From: Candidatus Marinacidobacterales bacterium
GTDB taxonomy: Bacteria > Acidobacteriota > Vicinamibacteria > Marinacidobacterales > DATDRI01
Assembly: GCA_965226495.1 (NCBI GenBank)
Contig: OZ245365.1
Location: 1,216,001 to 1,280,000, forward strand
Length of the DNA: 64,000 nucleotides
Direction: 5' to 3'
This document shows, one piece after another, positions 1 through 9,915 of this stretch. Every line of letters starts with the position of its first letter. Position 1 is the stretch's first letter. A program made the position numbers and the translations under genes. A model generated the notes under the pieces. It was not told the origin of the DNA. It worked only from the letters and a program-made list of their open reading frames with translations, and ran no database searches.

Positions 1-172
1 GACGGAGCCCGCCTAGTCGTGCCTCATATCACGTCGTGGTCGCCCAGTTCCGCACATTCGTCGAGGCGACAGAATTCCCAGATGCAGAGGCTCTCGGAAG
101 GTCACCCCGACCTCCCGGTCGGCGGCGTGTCATGGCCGGCCGCACTTGCGTACTGCCGATGGCCCGAGCGCA

Positions 173-1960
173 TCAGGGATCGAAACGCGTGACCGCCCAC
201 CCGGCCTTGTTTTCGGGCAGAAATTCTCCGTCATCGCTGCTAACCTCCGCGTCGATGGCGTCGGTCAGCTTTTGATTCATCGCAAGCAACAGTTCGCCGT
301 TTGCCCTTCTATCGACTGCCAGGTTTCGCATCTCGTCCGGATCCGCCTCGAGATCGTACAACTCGACGTCGTTGTAATCGAATATCTGCTCGATCGTTCC
401 CGGAAGGTTGTGTTGTTGCGGCGAGAAATAGCGGCTGTAGCGATAACGGCCGTCCGTGATGCTGCGTATCGCTCCCCGTTTGGTCAGGTCCAGTTTCAGG
501 CCGAGGCTTGCGACATCCTGCCCGCGCGACTTGGCGTCATATACCTGCTGCATGAAGTCGGCGTCCTGGTACAACCACATATTGAAGTTATAGAGCGCGC
601 CGCCCCTGACCGCATTCGCGCCGGCGGATTCAGGCGATGCCAACAGGCCACTCAGGTCGTGCCCTCGCAGTTTTGGCGCCATCGCCTGGCGCTGGTCCTC
701 GCCGACGCCCGCAAGCGCTAGGATGGTCGGTGTGATATCGAGATGTGACGTGAGGGCCGGGCATTCTTTTCCAGCGCTTCCGGCATGGCCAGGGTGCCGC
801 ACCACCAGCGGCACGTGAAGCTGCTCCTTGTATGCCGTAGCGCCCTTTCCATGCATTTGGTGGGCTCCCGCCAACTCGCCGTGGTCCGATGTCATGACGA
901 CGATGGTGTTGTCCGCCAGCCCAAGCTCGTCCAGCTCCTGGAGGATTCGTTCCACATGCCGATCGCAGTCGGCGATGCAGTTCAAGTAGTAGTCCTGCAA
1001 TCGCTTCCAGCGTGCGTCCTCATTTGGAAACTGGCCGACCAGCGTACTGCGCGCAAACTGGTACTCATAGTGCGCTCGCGGTCGGCCATCATAATCCCAA
1101 GCCTCATTGCGGCTTTCGGGCAGAGCCATGTTCCAGCTTCGCTGGTAGATGGAATGCTCCGGTGCGCGATTGAGGGGCATCAGGTGGCGGGAATCCTGCA
1201 CGGGTCGCGCGCCCGGCGCGTCGGTGTTGTAAAACATCACGTCGTGCGGATTGACGAGGTTCAGCGCCAGGAACCAAGGTTTTCCCTGTTGCTCGAGCTG
1301 GGGTGCCTCCGCCCTCAGCCAGCGCACCGCGGTGGACGTGGTGAACTCATCCGTCCTGTAGCCGCCCATTGTCATACCGATGATGTCGCCTACGCCGACA
1401 TAGTCCTCGAATCCGTACTCCTGCATCACGGCGTTCAGCGTCGCCATGTTGACGTCGGGCGCCTGCTCAACCTCGATATCTTCGAGCGCTTTGACGAAAT
1501 GGCACTTGCCGAGGTATGCAGGCCAAAAGCCTGCGTCCCGCAGGTAATTGCCGACGGTCGGGATGTCTGACGACAGCTCACTCGACCAAGGTAAGCCCAA
1601 GTTGTCGAACACCTTCGTGTGCTGGATATGCTGGCCCGTATAGATCACCGAGCGCGAGGAACTGCAGACCGAAGTGGCGATCTGGTGGTTCGTGAAGATC
1701 ACGCCTTCGCGCTGCAGGCGTTCGCGGCCTGGCAGTGAATAGTCGTCCGGCAAAGTTGCCGGATCGAAATACCGTTCCTGATCCGTCAGTATGAAAAGAA
1801 TGTTGTAAGGTTGGCTGGCCTCCGCGCCCGCTTGTGGAGCGAAGCTGGTACCGCCCTCGACCATATGAGGGCCCAGTGCCAGTGCGCCACCGGCAGCGCC
1901 TGTTTTGATGAATTCTCGCCGACTGATTCCGAAGCCAGGTTTTTTGTTGCCTTTCGCCAT
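173..1960 (-). CDS. Tat-exported sulfatase-like hydrolase
   Basis: Tat motif SRREFIK; NILFILTDQ; sulfatase signature variant CSSSR..YTG; GKCH, NPHD and SDHG motifs. Confidence 0.88.
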   Translation of the reverse strand: MAKGNKKPGFGISRREFIKTGAAGGALALGPHMVEGGTSFAPQAGAEASQPYNILFILTDQERYFDPATLPDDYSLPGRERLQREGVIFTNHQIATSVCSSSRSVIYTGQHIQHTKVFDNLGLPWSSELSSDIPTVGNYLRDAGFWPAYLGKCHFVKALEDIEVEQAPDVNMATLNAVMQEYGFEDYVGVGDIIGMTMGGYRTDEFTTSTAVRWLRAEAPQLEQQGKPWFLALNLVNPHDVMFYNTDAPGARPVQDSRHLMPLNRAPEHSIYQRSWNMALPESRNEAWDYDGRPRAHYEYQFARSTLVGQFPNEDARWKRLQDYYLNCIADCDRHVERILQELDELGLADNTIVVMTSDHGELAGAHQMHGKGATAYKEQLHVPLVVRHPGHAGSAGKECPALTSHLDITPTILALAGVGEDQRQAMAPKLRGHDLSGLLASPESAGANAVRGGALYNFNMWLYQDADFMQQVYDAKSRGQDVASLGLKLDLTKRGAIRSITDGRYRYSRYFSPQQHNLPGTIEQIFDYNDVELYDLEADPDEMRNLAVDRRANGELLLAMNQKLTDAIDAEVSSDDGEFLPENKAGWAVTRFDP

Positions 1961-2124
1961 TCTCGCCTCCTCCTCGTTCAGGAGTAAACCATGCCTCAGG
2001 ACGCGAGCGGATTCAAGTCGGTTGATTCACGGCAGGTCGGTGGAAACAAAAAATCAATTTGGAGACGTTTTGGAGACGGCAACCGGTGCGAAAGTGAATG
2101 CTAAGGACTAGAAGGACTTAGTTA

Positions 2125-2148
2125 CTGTTGGTGCCGAAGGGGGGATTC
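2125..2148. repeat. att-like duplication of tRNA-Leu 3' end (24 bp)
   Basis: ctgttggtgccgaaggggggattc is identical to 4883-4906, which overlaps the tRNA 3' end. Confidence 0.9.
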
Positions 2149-2889
2149 TGCCAGGAGTTTATCGCCTCGTGCCGCCTTTCACGCCTGGCGTTGTTTCTCA
2201 GTGCCTTACGCGGAGCCTGCGCTCGTGTGGCATTGCCTCATATCGTCTCGTGGTGCCAAGTTCGTGAACATGGTGTGAACAAGGAGAATTCTGGAAGCGG
2301 TCTAACCGTCTCCTGTTGGGGAGTTCGTTAGCTATTTGTTAGCTGTTTGGCCCTCTATCATCGCCAGCCGGTGTATATCGGCATCCCGCGTGATCTGCCG
2401 CCGTAGCAAACACTGGCAGTCCCGAGAACGGGCAGCAGCAGAACCAGGGCTGCATTGATTGGTGACTGCATACAGAGAGGCATCGCCGAATCGCTGACCT
2501 ACTGATACGCTATCAGTCGTTCGAGGCCCTGGCCGCGCCACCGCTGGCGCATATCGGGCTCTACTTGACGCCAAACTGATTGGCGCGACGAGTGGCCTGC
2601 CTCGCTCGTCACCAAGAGGTGACCGGAGCTCTTTTTCTTCTTTGCGTCTTGGAAACAATTGTCAAGAGTTGTGGATCAGAAGGGGCGTCTCTTGCCCCGG
2701 AAGGTGTCATGATGTCGCCTTCCTCCCGGTGAGGGAGGCCGTGGGATCAGGATCTCAGGCCGCTCGAGGATCTCGGCGTGTCACGTTTTCCGGTGGAACT
2801 TGTCAGGCCGCCACGGACACGTATAATCACCGCCCTACCCACAGGAAGTCTGCTGAGCAGATTTCCCATAGCTAAGGAGGAAGCTTGCT

Positions 2890-4617
2890 ATGCCGAAGCG
2901 CACGTTCCTTGCCACTATGCTGGCCCTGATTATCGCCTTCGGCTGTGCGGCCCCACAGCCTGGCGGCGAAGTCGCTGACACCGTCTACACCAACGGCAAG
3001 ATCTACACCGTCAACGAAGCCCAGCCCTGGGCTGAGGCCCTGGCGGTGAAGGACGGCAGGCTCCTTGTCGTCGGCTCCAGCGCCGACGTCGAGGCCGTGA
3101 CCGGCGACGGTACGGAGGTTGTCGATCTGGGCGGCAGGTTCGTGATGCCCGGTATCAACGACCTGCATAATCACGGGATCGACATCTCGACCACAGCCAT
3201 GGATCCCGACGCGTTGGCGATTGCCGAGGAGGCGAAAGCGAGTCCGGAAGCCATCGTCGCTGCCGTCAAGGAATTCGCGGATGCCCATCCCGATCTGCCG
3301 TTGATCTACGCGGAGGACTTTCCAGACGGCATGTTCCCCGGCAACAACGGACCCAAGGAACTGCTGGACGAAGCGAGCCGAGATCGCCCGATCATGATCC
3401 TGAGCTCCGGCGGTCACGCATTCTGGGGGAACTCCAAGGCGTTCGAGGCCGCCGGGATCACCGCCGATACGCCGGACCCCGAGTACGGCGTCATCGGCCG
3501 AAAGCCCGGATCGCGTGAGCCCATCGGTGGCGTGCACGAGAGCGCCATGCAGCTCTTATGGGCCCTGAAGAACAGGCCGAGCAAGGACTCGATCGCAACC
3601 GGGATCAGGCATCACGTGGCGCGAATCAATGGACTCGGCGTGACCGCCGTGCGCATCGCCGGCATCACGCAGGACCACTTGGACATGACGCTGGCGGCGG
3701 ATGAGGCTGGGGAGCTCAATGCGTACCACAGCTTGGCCTTTCACTGGCGTACCTCCTACATTGCGCAGAGAGACCCGGACCTGGACCTGATTCGCCAACA
3801 GATCCTCGATTCAAAGAACATCGCCACCGAGAACGTATCCGCCGGCGCGCTGAAGTACTACGCCGACGGGGCGCCGGCGAGCAAGACCTCCTTCTTGCTC
3901 GAGGACTACGAGAATGATCCCGGGAATCGCAGCCAGCTACAGATGGAACCGGACCTGTTCCTTGAGGAGTTCGCGTTCTGGACCGAGAACGGCATCACGA
4001 CGATGACACACGTCACCGGCGATGCGGCCGCTCGGGCTGTTCTCGAGGCGGTCGAGGCCGCGCAGGAAAGGCACGGCAAGAATGGCGTGCGCCACCACAT
4101 GAGCCACACGGTGATGGTGGATCCTTCCGATCTGGGTCGCGTGAAGCCGTTGGACATGGTGGTCGACGTGTCGCCGACCGTCGCCGCGCCGATGGCGTTT
4201 CACGATGCCTACAAGCATCACTACGGTGACCGCCACGAGCAGTTCTTCCCGTCCCGTGGACTGATCGATGCCGGGGCGAAGTTCATGGTGGCCTCGGACT
4301 TCCCGGTCGGCCCGGACAATCCCTGGTCCAACATCGAGGTCTGGACCACTCGCATGAACCCCTGGGGAGAGGCGCCGGGCACGTTGGGGGCCCACTCCGC
4401 GATCAGCCTGGAAGAGGCGCTCGAGGCGGCGACCCTGACGGGCGCATACGGGCTCTACATGGAAGACGAGTTCGGCTCCCTGGAAGCCGGCAAGCGGGCG
4501 ACCTTCATCGTGCTGAACCACAACCTGTTCGAGATCCCACCGGCGGACCTCAGCGAAACCGAGGTCCTGCAGACATACTTCAACGGTCGCCTGGTCCACG
4601 ACGCGAACCGCAACTGA
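2890..4617 (+). CDS. Amidohydrolase_3 (YtcJ-like) family lipoprotein
   Basis: Lipobox IAFGC; NGKIYT..AEALAV; PG..D.HxH; KYYADG; SDFP; GSLEAGK; RBS aaggagg. Confidence 0.88.
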   Translation: MPKRTFLATMLALIIAFGCAAPQPGGEVADTVYTNGKIYTVNEAQPWAEALAVKDGRLLVVGSSADVEAVTGDGTEVVDLGGRFVMPGINDLHNHGIDISTTAMDPDALAIAEEAKASPEAIVAAVKEFADAHPDLPLIYAEDFPDGMFPGNNGPKELLDEASRDRPIMILSSGGHAFWGNSKAFEAAGITADTPDPEYGVIGRKPGSREPIGGVHESAMQLLWALKNRPSKDSIATGIRHHVARINGLGVTAVRIAGITQDHLDMTLAADEAGELNAYHSLAFHWRTSYIAQRDPDLDLIRQQILDSKNIATENVSAGALKYYADGAPASKTSFLLEDYENDPGNRSQLQMEPDLFLEEFAFWTENGITTMTHVTGDAAARAVLEAVEAAQERHGKNGVRHHMSHTVMVDPSDLGRVKPLDMVVDVSPTVAAPMAFHDAYKHHYGDRHEQFFPSRGLIDAGAKFMVASDFPVGPDNPWSNIEVWTTRMNPWGEAPGTLGAHSAISLEEALEAATLTGAYGLYMEDEFGSLEAGKRATFIVLNHNLFEIPPADLSETEVLQTYFNGRLVHDANRN

Positions 4618-4650
4618 GCCACGTCGGCGAGACGAGCCTTCGACCCGCAG

Positions 4651-4767
4651 CGTCTTCACTCGTTGGGGAGTGCAAGGGCGACGCGCGTGACATCTTTCCT
4701 GGCGAAAGGTGCCACCGAGAGCGTTTGTCTCGGCCACCTGTGCAAACTAATGGTAGGCGGTTTTCAC
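4651..4767 (+). pseudogene. Probable tyrosine integrase C-terminal remnant
   Basis: Frame reads RLHSLG...[17 protein letters not shown]....M....H, resembling box II HxLRH...LGH...Y; points toward the tRNA att site. Confidence 0.35.
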
Positions 4768-4886
4768 TGCCCGCGGGAGAGACGATCTCCACCAGCGTCG
4801 ACACGCAGCACACCTCACCGAAAGCGGCCAGTAGAAACCTTGAACGGGTTGCCGGTTCGTTGCTGAGCTGGATGTCCGGAGTCTGT

Positions 4887-4971
4887 TGGTGCCGAAGGGG
4901 GGATTCGAACCCCCACGAGTTGCCCCATACGCCCCTCAAGCGCACGTGTCTGCCAGTTCCACCACTTCGGC
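4887..4971 (-). tRNA. tRNA-Leu(GAG)
   Basis: GCCGAAG acceptor stem, D-loop TGGCAGAC, anticodon arm TGCGC-TTGAGGG-GCGTA, long variable arm, GGTTCGAATCC, encoded CCA; canonical position after secG. Confidence 0.97.
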
Positions 4972-5016
4972 AACCTGGATCTTCGGTCGCCCCGAGCGGG
5001 ACGCCGAAAGATTTGA

Positions 5017-5025
5017 ATTATAGCA
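5017..5025 (-). promoter_or_regulatory. Extended -10 promoter for tRNA-Leu
   Basis: TGCTATAAT on the minus strand about 45 bp upstream of the tRNA. Confidence 0.5.
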
Positions 5026-5034
5026 GAAGCAGAA

Positions 5035-5102
5035 CCCCTCACCCTACCCTCTCCCCGAGGGGAGAGGGTAAAAGAAAGAAGAGCTTCCCCGAGGGGAGAG
5101 GG
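5035..5102. repeat. REP-like palindromic element
   Basis: ccctcaccc followed by hairpin taccctctcccc-ga-ggggagagggta and a partial second copy; related copy at 52761-52796. Confidence 0.6.
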
Positions 5103-5107
5103 AAACT

Positions 5108-5518
5108 TTACTCCGGGTTTGGGAATGGTTCAGTTGGCTCGTTACTCGATTCGGCCTCGCCCTCGGGTGACGCGGCCTCTTCTCCAGGCGCGCCAGTGCC
5201 CTGGGGAGGAGGCGTTTCTCCGGGACCGACATCGGTCGGGACGGTTTCGGCGGGAGGCGTGCCCAATGGAACGACGGACCCGCCGGAAACAGCCGGTCGG
5301 AGATACGATAGTCCCAGCGAGGTCATCATGAAGAGGACCGCACAGATGGTCGTGACCTTCGCAAGGAATGTGGCCGCGCCCCGTGCGCCGAAGGCCGCCG
5401 AGGATCCGCCGCCACCGAAAGCGCTTGCCAGATCCTGGCCCTTACCTTGTTGCGCGAGCACAACCAGGATCAGAAGCGAGCTGACGACAATGTGAAGGAT
5501 GGTGAGCAGGATGGTCAT
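5108..5518 (-). CDS. secG: Preprotein translocase subunit SecG
   Basis: Two TM segments, Q.GKG.DLASAFGGGGS..FGARG; follows tpiA. Confidence 0.95.
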   Translation of the reverse strand: MTILLTILHIVVSSLLILVVLAQQGKGQDLASAFGGGGSSAAFGARGAATFLAKVTTICAVLFMMTSLGLSYLRPAVSGGSVVPLGTPPAETVPTDVGPGETPPPQGTGAPGEEAASPEGEAESSNEPTEPFPNPE

Positions 5519-5529
5519 GTTCTTCCTTT

Positions 5530-6288
5530 CTAATTCCTCTCGAATCTGCAAATACGCACGTACGAAGCTGCCTTGAGGCTTGCCCCGCCTACCAAGGCGC
5601 CGTCGATGTCTGCCTCGGCCATGAGTGAATCAACATTATCGGGCTTGACGCTGCCGCCGTAGAGGATGCGTACCCCGGCGGCCGCCTCGTTTCCAAAAAG
5701 CTCTGCCAACTTGGCACGAATGGTTTGGTGTACCTCTTGCGCTTGTGCGGGGGTCGCGGTTCGTCCGGTCCCAATAGCCCAGATGGGTTCATACGCCACG
5801 ACCACTTTTGCCATCTGGCTCGCGGCTACGTCTTTCAGGGCGCCGGTCACCTGGCGGTCGACGACAACGAAGGTTACTCCCCGGTCTCTTTCTTCTTCCG
5901 ATTCTCCCACGCACACAATGGGAACCAGGTTGTGCTTGAACGCGGCGAGGACCTTGCGGTTGACGCCCTCGTCGGTCTCTCCGAACAACTGTCGACGCTC
6001 GGAGTGGCCGAGGATGACATAGCGGCAACCAACGTCCGTTAGCATCGCCGGCGCAATCTCGCCCGTGAAGGCTCCTTTATCCTCCCAGTGCATATTTTGG
6101 GCACCGAGTCCGATCGAGCTTCCGGCAAGTACTTTTCCGACCGCGGCGAGCGCAGTGAACGTTGGAGCCACGGCGATATCGACCCCATCGACCTCGCGAC
6201 AAGATGCGACGAGCTCCGAGGCCAACCGGGATGCCTCGGACGTCGTCATGTGCATCTTCCAGTTACCCGCGATGAACGGCTTACGCAT
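5530..6288 (-). CDS. tpiA: Triosephosphate isomerase
   Basis: [35 protein letters not shown]. Confidence 0.98.
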   Translation of the reverse strand: MRKPFIAGNWKMHMTTSEASRLASELVASCREVDGVDIAVAPTFTALAAVGKVLAGSSIGLGAQNMHWEDKGAFTGEIAPAMLTDVGCRYVILGHSERRQLFGETDEGVNRKVLAAFKHNLVPIVCVGESEEERDRGVTFVVVDRQVTGALKDVAASQMAKVVVAYEPIWAIGTGRTATPAQAQEVHQTIRAKLAELFGNEAAAGVRILYGGSVKPDNVDSLMAEADIDGALVGGASLKAASYVRICRFERN

Positions 6289-7453
6289 CGGTCAAGACCT
6301 CAACACCGGGTAACTTTTCTCCAGCCAAGAAATCCAACGACGCCCCGCCTCCCGTAGAGATGTGTGTGATTTGGTCCGCAACACCAGCGCGGTGTACAGC
6401 CAGAATGGAGTCGCCGCCGCCAACGAGGCTCGTGGCTTCACTCGACGCGACCGCATGGGCTATTTTGAGGGTTCCGTTCGCAAAGGGCTTTTTCTCAAAC
6501 ACTCCCATCGGACCGTTCCAGACTATCATTCTCGCGTCGCCGAGGATTCGCTCGTAATCGCGAACCGTTTCGGGACCGATGTCGAGTCCCATCCATCCGT
6601 CGGGAATCTCCCCGCTTGGGACGGTCCTCACCGACGCGACCGCAGCGAAGGACTCGGCTACCACGTGATCGCGCGGAAGCTCCAGTTTGTCGCCCGCCTG
6701 CCGCAATAACTCCTCAGCCAGTCCGATCTTGTCTTCTTCGACGAGAGAGTTACCCGTGGCGAGGCCCTTGGCTCTCAGGAACGTGTAGGCCATACCTCCG
6801 CCAATAAGAAGTCGGTCGACCTTAGTGAGCAAGTTCTTCACCACTTCGATCTTGTCGGATACCTTTGCGCCCCCCAAGAGTGCGATGAAGGGACGCGGTG
6901 CCGATGTCAGACACATATCGAGATAGCGAAGCTCGTTCTCCATCAGGAACCCGGCCGCCGCCTTAGGAAAGTGCTTTACCATCCCGACCGTTGAAGCGTG
7001 CGCACGATGCGCGGTTCCGAAGGCATCGTTAACATAGAACTCTCCCAGCGTCGCCAACTCGCTCGCGAAGGTCGCATCGTTTTTCTCCTCGCCCGGCGAG
7101 AAACGCAAGTTCTCGAGAAGTACGACGCTTTCCGAAAGATCGTCGGCCTGCTCTTTCGTTCCGAAACCGGGAGTCTGTGACGCAAAGCCAACCGGCATTT
7201 CTAGAAGCTGCGACAAGCGGGCGGCCACCGGTGCCAAGCTCAAGGCCTGGTTTGCCTTGCCTTTGGGGCGGCCCAGGTGTGAACCAAGAATCAGGCGCGC
7301 GCCGGCGCCGCAGGCATACCGCAGCGTGGGCAGCGTTGCGCGGATCCGCGTGTCGTCTGCGACTTTCCCGTCTTCGAGTGGAACATTGAAATCGACTCGC
7401 ATGAAAACGCGACGGCCCTTTAGGTCTAGCTCTTTTATAGAAAGCTTCCTCAT
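6281..7453 (-). CDS. pgk: Phosphoglycerate kinase
   Basis: [46 protein letters not shown]. Confidence 0.98.
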   Translation of the reverse strand: MRKLSIKELDLKGRRVFMRVDFNVPLEDGKVADDTRIRATLPTLRYACGAGARLILGSHLGRPKGKANQALSLAPVAARLSQLLEMPVGFASQTPGFGTKEQADDLSESVVLLENLRFSPGEEKNDATFASELATLGEFYVNDAFGTAHRAHASTVGMVKHFPKAAAGFLMENELRYLDMCLTSAPRPFIALLGGAKVSDKIEVVKNLLTKVDRLLIGGGMAYTFLRAKGLATGNSLVEEDKIGLAEELLRQAGDKLELPRDHVVAESFAAVASVRTVPSGEIPDGWMGLDIGPETVRDYERILGDARMIVWNGPMGVFEKKPFANGTLKIAHAVASSEATSLVGGGDSILAVHRAGVADQITHISTGGGASLDFLAGEKLPGVEVLTDA

Positions 7454-7545
7454 AAAAGCGAAAACACACCAGTATATAGGCGTATCTATTGTGGTGTCAA
7501 CGTTTGGGCCAGAGGGTCGGTGCCGGCCTTCCCCTGGCCAGTCCG

Positions 7546-8748
7546 CTATCGGAGGGTCGAGCCGAGCTCGACGTTGCGCTGGGCGATTTCGAAGACTTGC
7601 AGCGCTTCTGTGATCTGCTCCGCCGAGTGCGTCGCCATGGCCGTCACCCGCAACCGGCTGGTTCCCCGAGGCACTGTGGGTGGTCGGATGCCATTAATAA
7701 AGACGCCTTCCTCCAGGAGTCGTTGCGCGAAGGTCATCGTACGACCGCCGTCGCCGTCGCCGATGACGACGGGAACGATATGGGCCTCCGATTCAAGCGT
7801 GGAGAGCCCGAGGTCACGAAACCCCGCTCGCAGCGCCTCTGCATTTCTGCGGAGTGCCCTGCGCCGCTCCGGCTCGCTCTCTACGATATCCAGGGCGGCT
7901 AGAGAGGCGGCGGCCACGGCCGGAGGAAGGGCGGTCGTGAACATCAGCATGCGAGATTGGTTGACGAGATACTCGATGAGCGTGTCGGAGCCGGCGACGA
8001 ACGCACCAAAGCTTCCCAAGGCTTTTCCCATCGTGCCCATGGTGACGTCCACCTGTCCACCAAGACCGAAGTGCTCGATCGCGCCACCTCCTCCAGGACC
8101 GAGGCACCCGATGGCGTGCGCCTCGTCGACCATCGTCCAAGCTCGGTAGCGGCGAGCTAGGGCCACGATATCCGGAAGGGGAGCCAGATCGCCGGCCATC
8201 GAGAATAGGCTGTCCGTCACGATGAGCTTGTTGTGAGCGGTACTCGCCCGCAGGAGCTGGTCGAGATGTTTCAGGTCCCGGTGCCGGAAAACGTGAGTAT
8301 CGGCGCGGGAGAACCGGCAGGCATCGATGATCGAAGCGTGGTTCAGCTCGTCGGAGAAAACGGCGTCGGTCGGACCGACGAGCGAGACGATCGTGCCGAC
8401 GTTGGCTACATACCCGGTGTTGAAGATGACGGCGCGCTCACAGCCCGTTAGGCGTGCGAGACGTTGCTCGAGCTGTTCATGCAACGCCATCGTGCCGGAG
8501 ACGTGGCGTGATGCACTGGCGCTCGTTCCCAGCTCGAGGGACGCTTCAGCGGCGGCGCTGCGCAGACGTGGATCGTCGGCAAGGCCCAAGTAGTTGTTGG
8601 AGCAGAGAAGCAAGACGTTTCGGCGCTCCCCGGTGTCCGGATCTTCCAACTGAACCGACGGCCCCTGAGGCCCGTGCACGATGCGGAAGGTCCTGTAGAG
8701 GCCCGCCTTGCGCACCGCCTCTAGGCATTCCTTGAGAAATGTCTCCAT
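7546..8748 (-). CDS. bioF: 8-amino-7-oxononanoate synthase (class II PLP enzyme)
   Basis: [43 protein letters not shown]. Confidence 0.85.
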   Translation of the reverse strand: METFLKECLEAVRKAGLYRTFRIVHGPQGPSVQLEDPDTGERRNVLLLCSNNYLGLADDPRLRSAAAEASLELGTSASASRHVSGTMALHEQLEQRLARLTGCERAVIFNTGYVANVGTIVSLVGPTDAVFSDELNHASIIDACRFSRADTHVFRHRDLKHLDQLLRASTAHNKLIVTDSLFSMAGDLAPLPDIVALARRYRAWTMVDEAHAIGCLGPGGGGAIEHFGLGGQVDVTMGTMGKALGSFGAFVAGSDTLIEYLVNQSRMLMFTTALPPAVAAASLAALDIVESEPERRRALRRNAEALRAGFRDLGLSTLESEAHIVPVVIGDGDGGRTMTFAQRLLEEGVFINGIRPPTVPRGTSRLRVTAMATHSAEQITEALQVFEIAQRNVELGSTLR

Positions 8749-8825
8749 CAGCTTCTTGGAGTATAACGAGAAGTTTCTGACCCGACGGAAGGCTTGCCGT
8801 CAGACTTCACGAGTGGGGCGCAACT

Positions 8826-9386
8826 CTATTTCCGCAGCGGCGGAAGCTCTTCGCCCTCGGGGACGAACTTCAGCGCCACGCCGTTATTGCACCACCTTTG
8901 GCCGGTCGGTTGGGGACCGTCATTAAATATGTGACCCTGATGGCCACCACAGCGAATGCAGTGATATTCCGTCCGTGGCAGGACGAGTTTGAAATCTTTC
9001 TTCGTACCGGTGCGGCCGTCGATCGGACGGAAGAAGCTGGGCCAGCCGGTGCCACTATCGAACTTCGTTTTCCACGCAAACAGAGGGAGGTAGCAGGCGG
9101 CGCAAATGAAGGTTCCCTTGCGTTTCTCTTTGTCCAAGGGGCTTGTGAAGGCCCGCTCCGTGCCGTCTTTGAAGAGCACTCGATAGGCATCTTCGTCGAG
9201 GAGCTCGCGCCACTCGTCCTTCGATTTCTCGAGCTTCTTGATTTCCTCTTGAGAGGATCCCATGGGTATGCCTTCTTTCGTTTGTACCAACCATGCGGGG
9301 AGCACAAGCCCAACACCCGCGGCCTTGAAGAAGTCTCGCCTGTTCAATGAGCACCTCCTGACATGAGTCATTTGCTCGCCGCCCAA
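8826..9386 (-). CDS. msrB: Methionine-R-sulfoxide reductase MsrB with Tat signal
   Basis: NRRDFFK Tat motif; GTERAF, two CxxC motifs, GTGWPSF, HQGHIF.DGP, RWCNNG. Confidence 0.93.
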   Translation of the reverse strand: MGGEQMTHVRRCSLNRRDFFKAAGVGLVLPAWLVQTKEGIPMGSSQEEIKKLEKSKDEWRELLDEDAYRVLFKDGTERAFTSPLDKEKRKGTFICAACYLPLFAWKTKFDSGTGWPSFFRPIDGRTGTKKDFKLVLPRTEYHCIRCGGHQGHIFNDGPQPTGQRWCNNGVALKFVPEGEELPPLRK

Positions 9387-9534
9387 TTATAGCGCGAGGG
9401 GAAGCGTCCACCGTATCTGCCAATTTCGCGGCGTCTTAGCGGTGGGAGGGAAAGTGATGCGAGCGTCGGCGATTTTCTTCTTGTCGTGAATGGTGCCATC
9501 ACCTATACTCCGGGGCGACAACTGAATACGGACA

Positions 9535-9722
9535 GTCTCAGGTGCCCGAATCGCGGGGTAAAAGGGAATGGGGTGAGATGCCCCAACGGCCCACGCCACT
9601 GTGAGTAGGAAAGCCGGCCGCCTTGGTCCAAACCTTATTAGTAAGGAGCGGACAGCCACTTCCGGAAGGGAGGGAAGGCAGGCGGCGGCGATCGATCCTC
9701 AAGTCAGGAAACCTGCCTGAGC
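9535..9722 (+). ncRNA. Cobalamin riboswitch
   Basis: caggtgc..aaaagggaa.ggggtgagatgcccc..cccacgccactgt..agccact..gggaagg..aagtcaggaaacctgcc (B12 box), upstream of btuB. Confidence 0.92.
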
Positions 9723-9915
9723 CTAGAAGTCGGGGCACTCTTCGATGGGAAGAGTCCGGTTTTGAGGGCAGGTTTCATCAAGCTCCTTGTTCTTCCCTGG
9801 AAGAGTGAGGAGCTTTTTCTATTTGCCTCCTCGCTCTCCCAGCCTGCCGCGAGACCCCACTCCGCTCGTCCGGATCTTCAACGGCGCCTCGGGCGCCAGA
9901 TTGGGAGGTCTACTG

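Larger units (their letters stand above)
2125..4906. mobile_element. Small genomic islet (about 2.8 kb) integrated at tRNA-Leu; no intact integrase
   Basis: Bounded by exact 24-bp direct repeats of the tRNA 3' end; carries one cargo gene and a probable integrase remnant. Confidence 0.7.

Noticed and set aside
2125-2148. Second tRNA gene
   Set aside because: Only the 3' acceptor/T-stem portion is present; similarity stops after ggattc
2332-2875. Short ORFs inside the islet
   Set aside because: No RBS or motifs; probably non-coding remnant DNA
9787-9915. Longer N-terminus for btuB
   Set aside because: RBS and signal peptide fit ATG 9916; the upstream part is riboswitch leader
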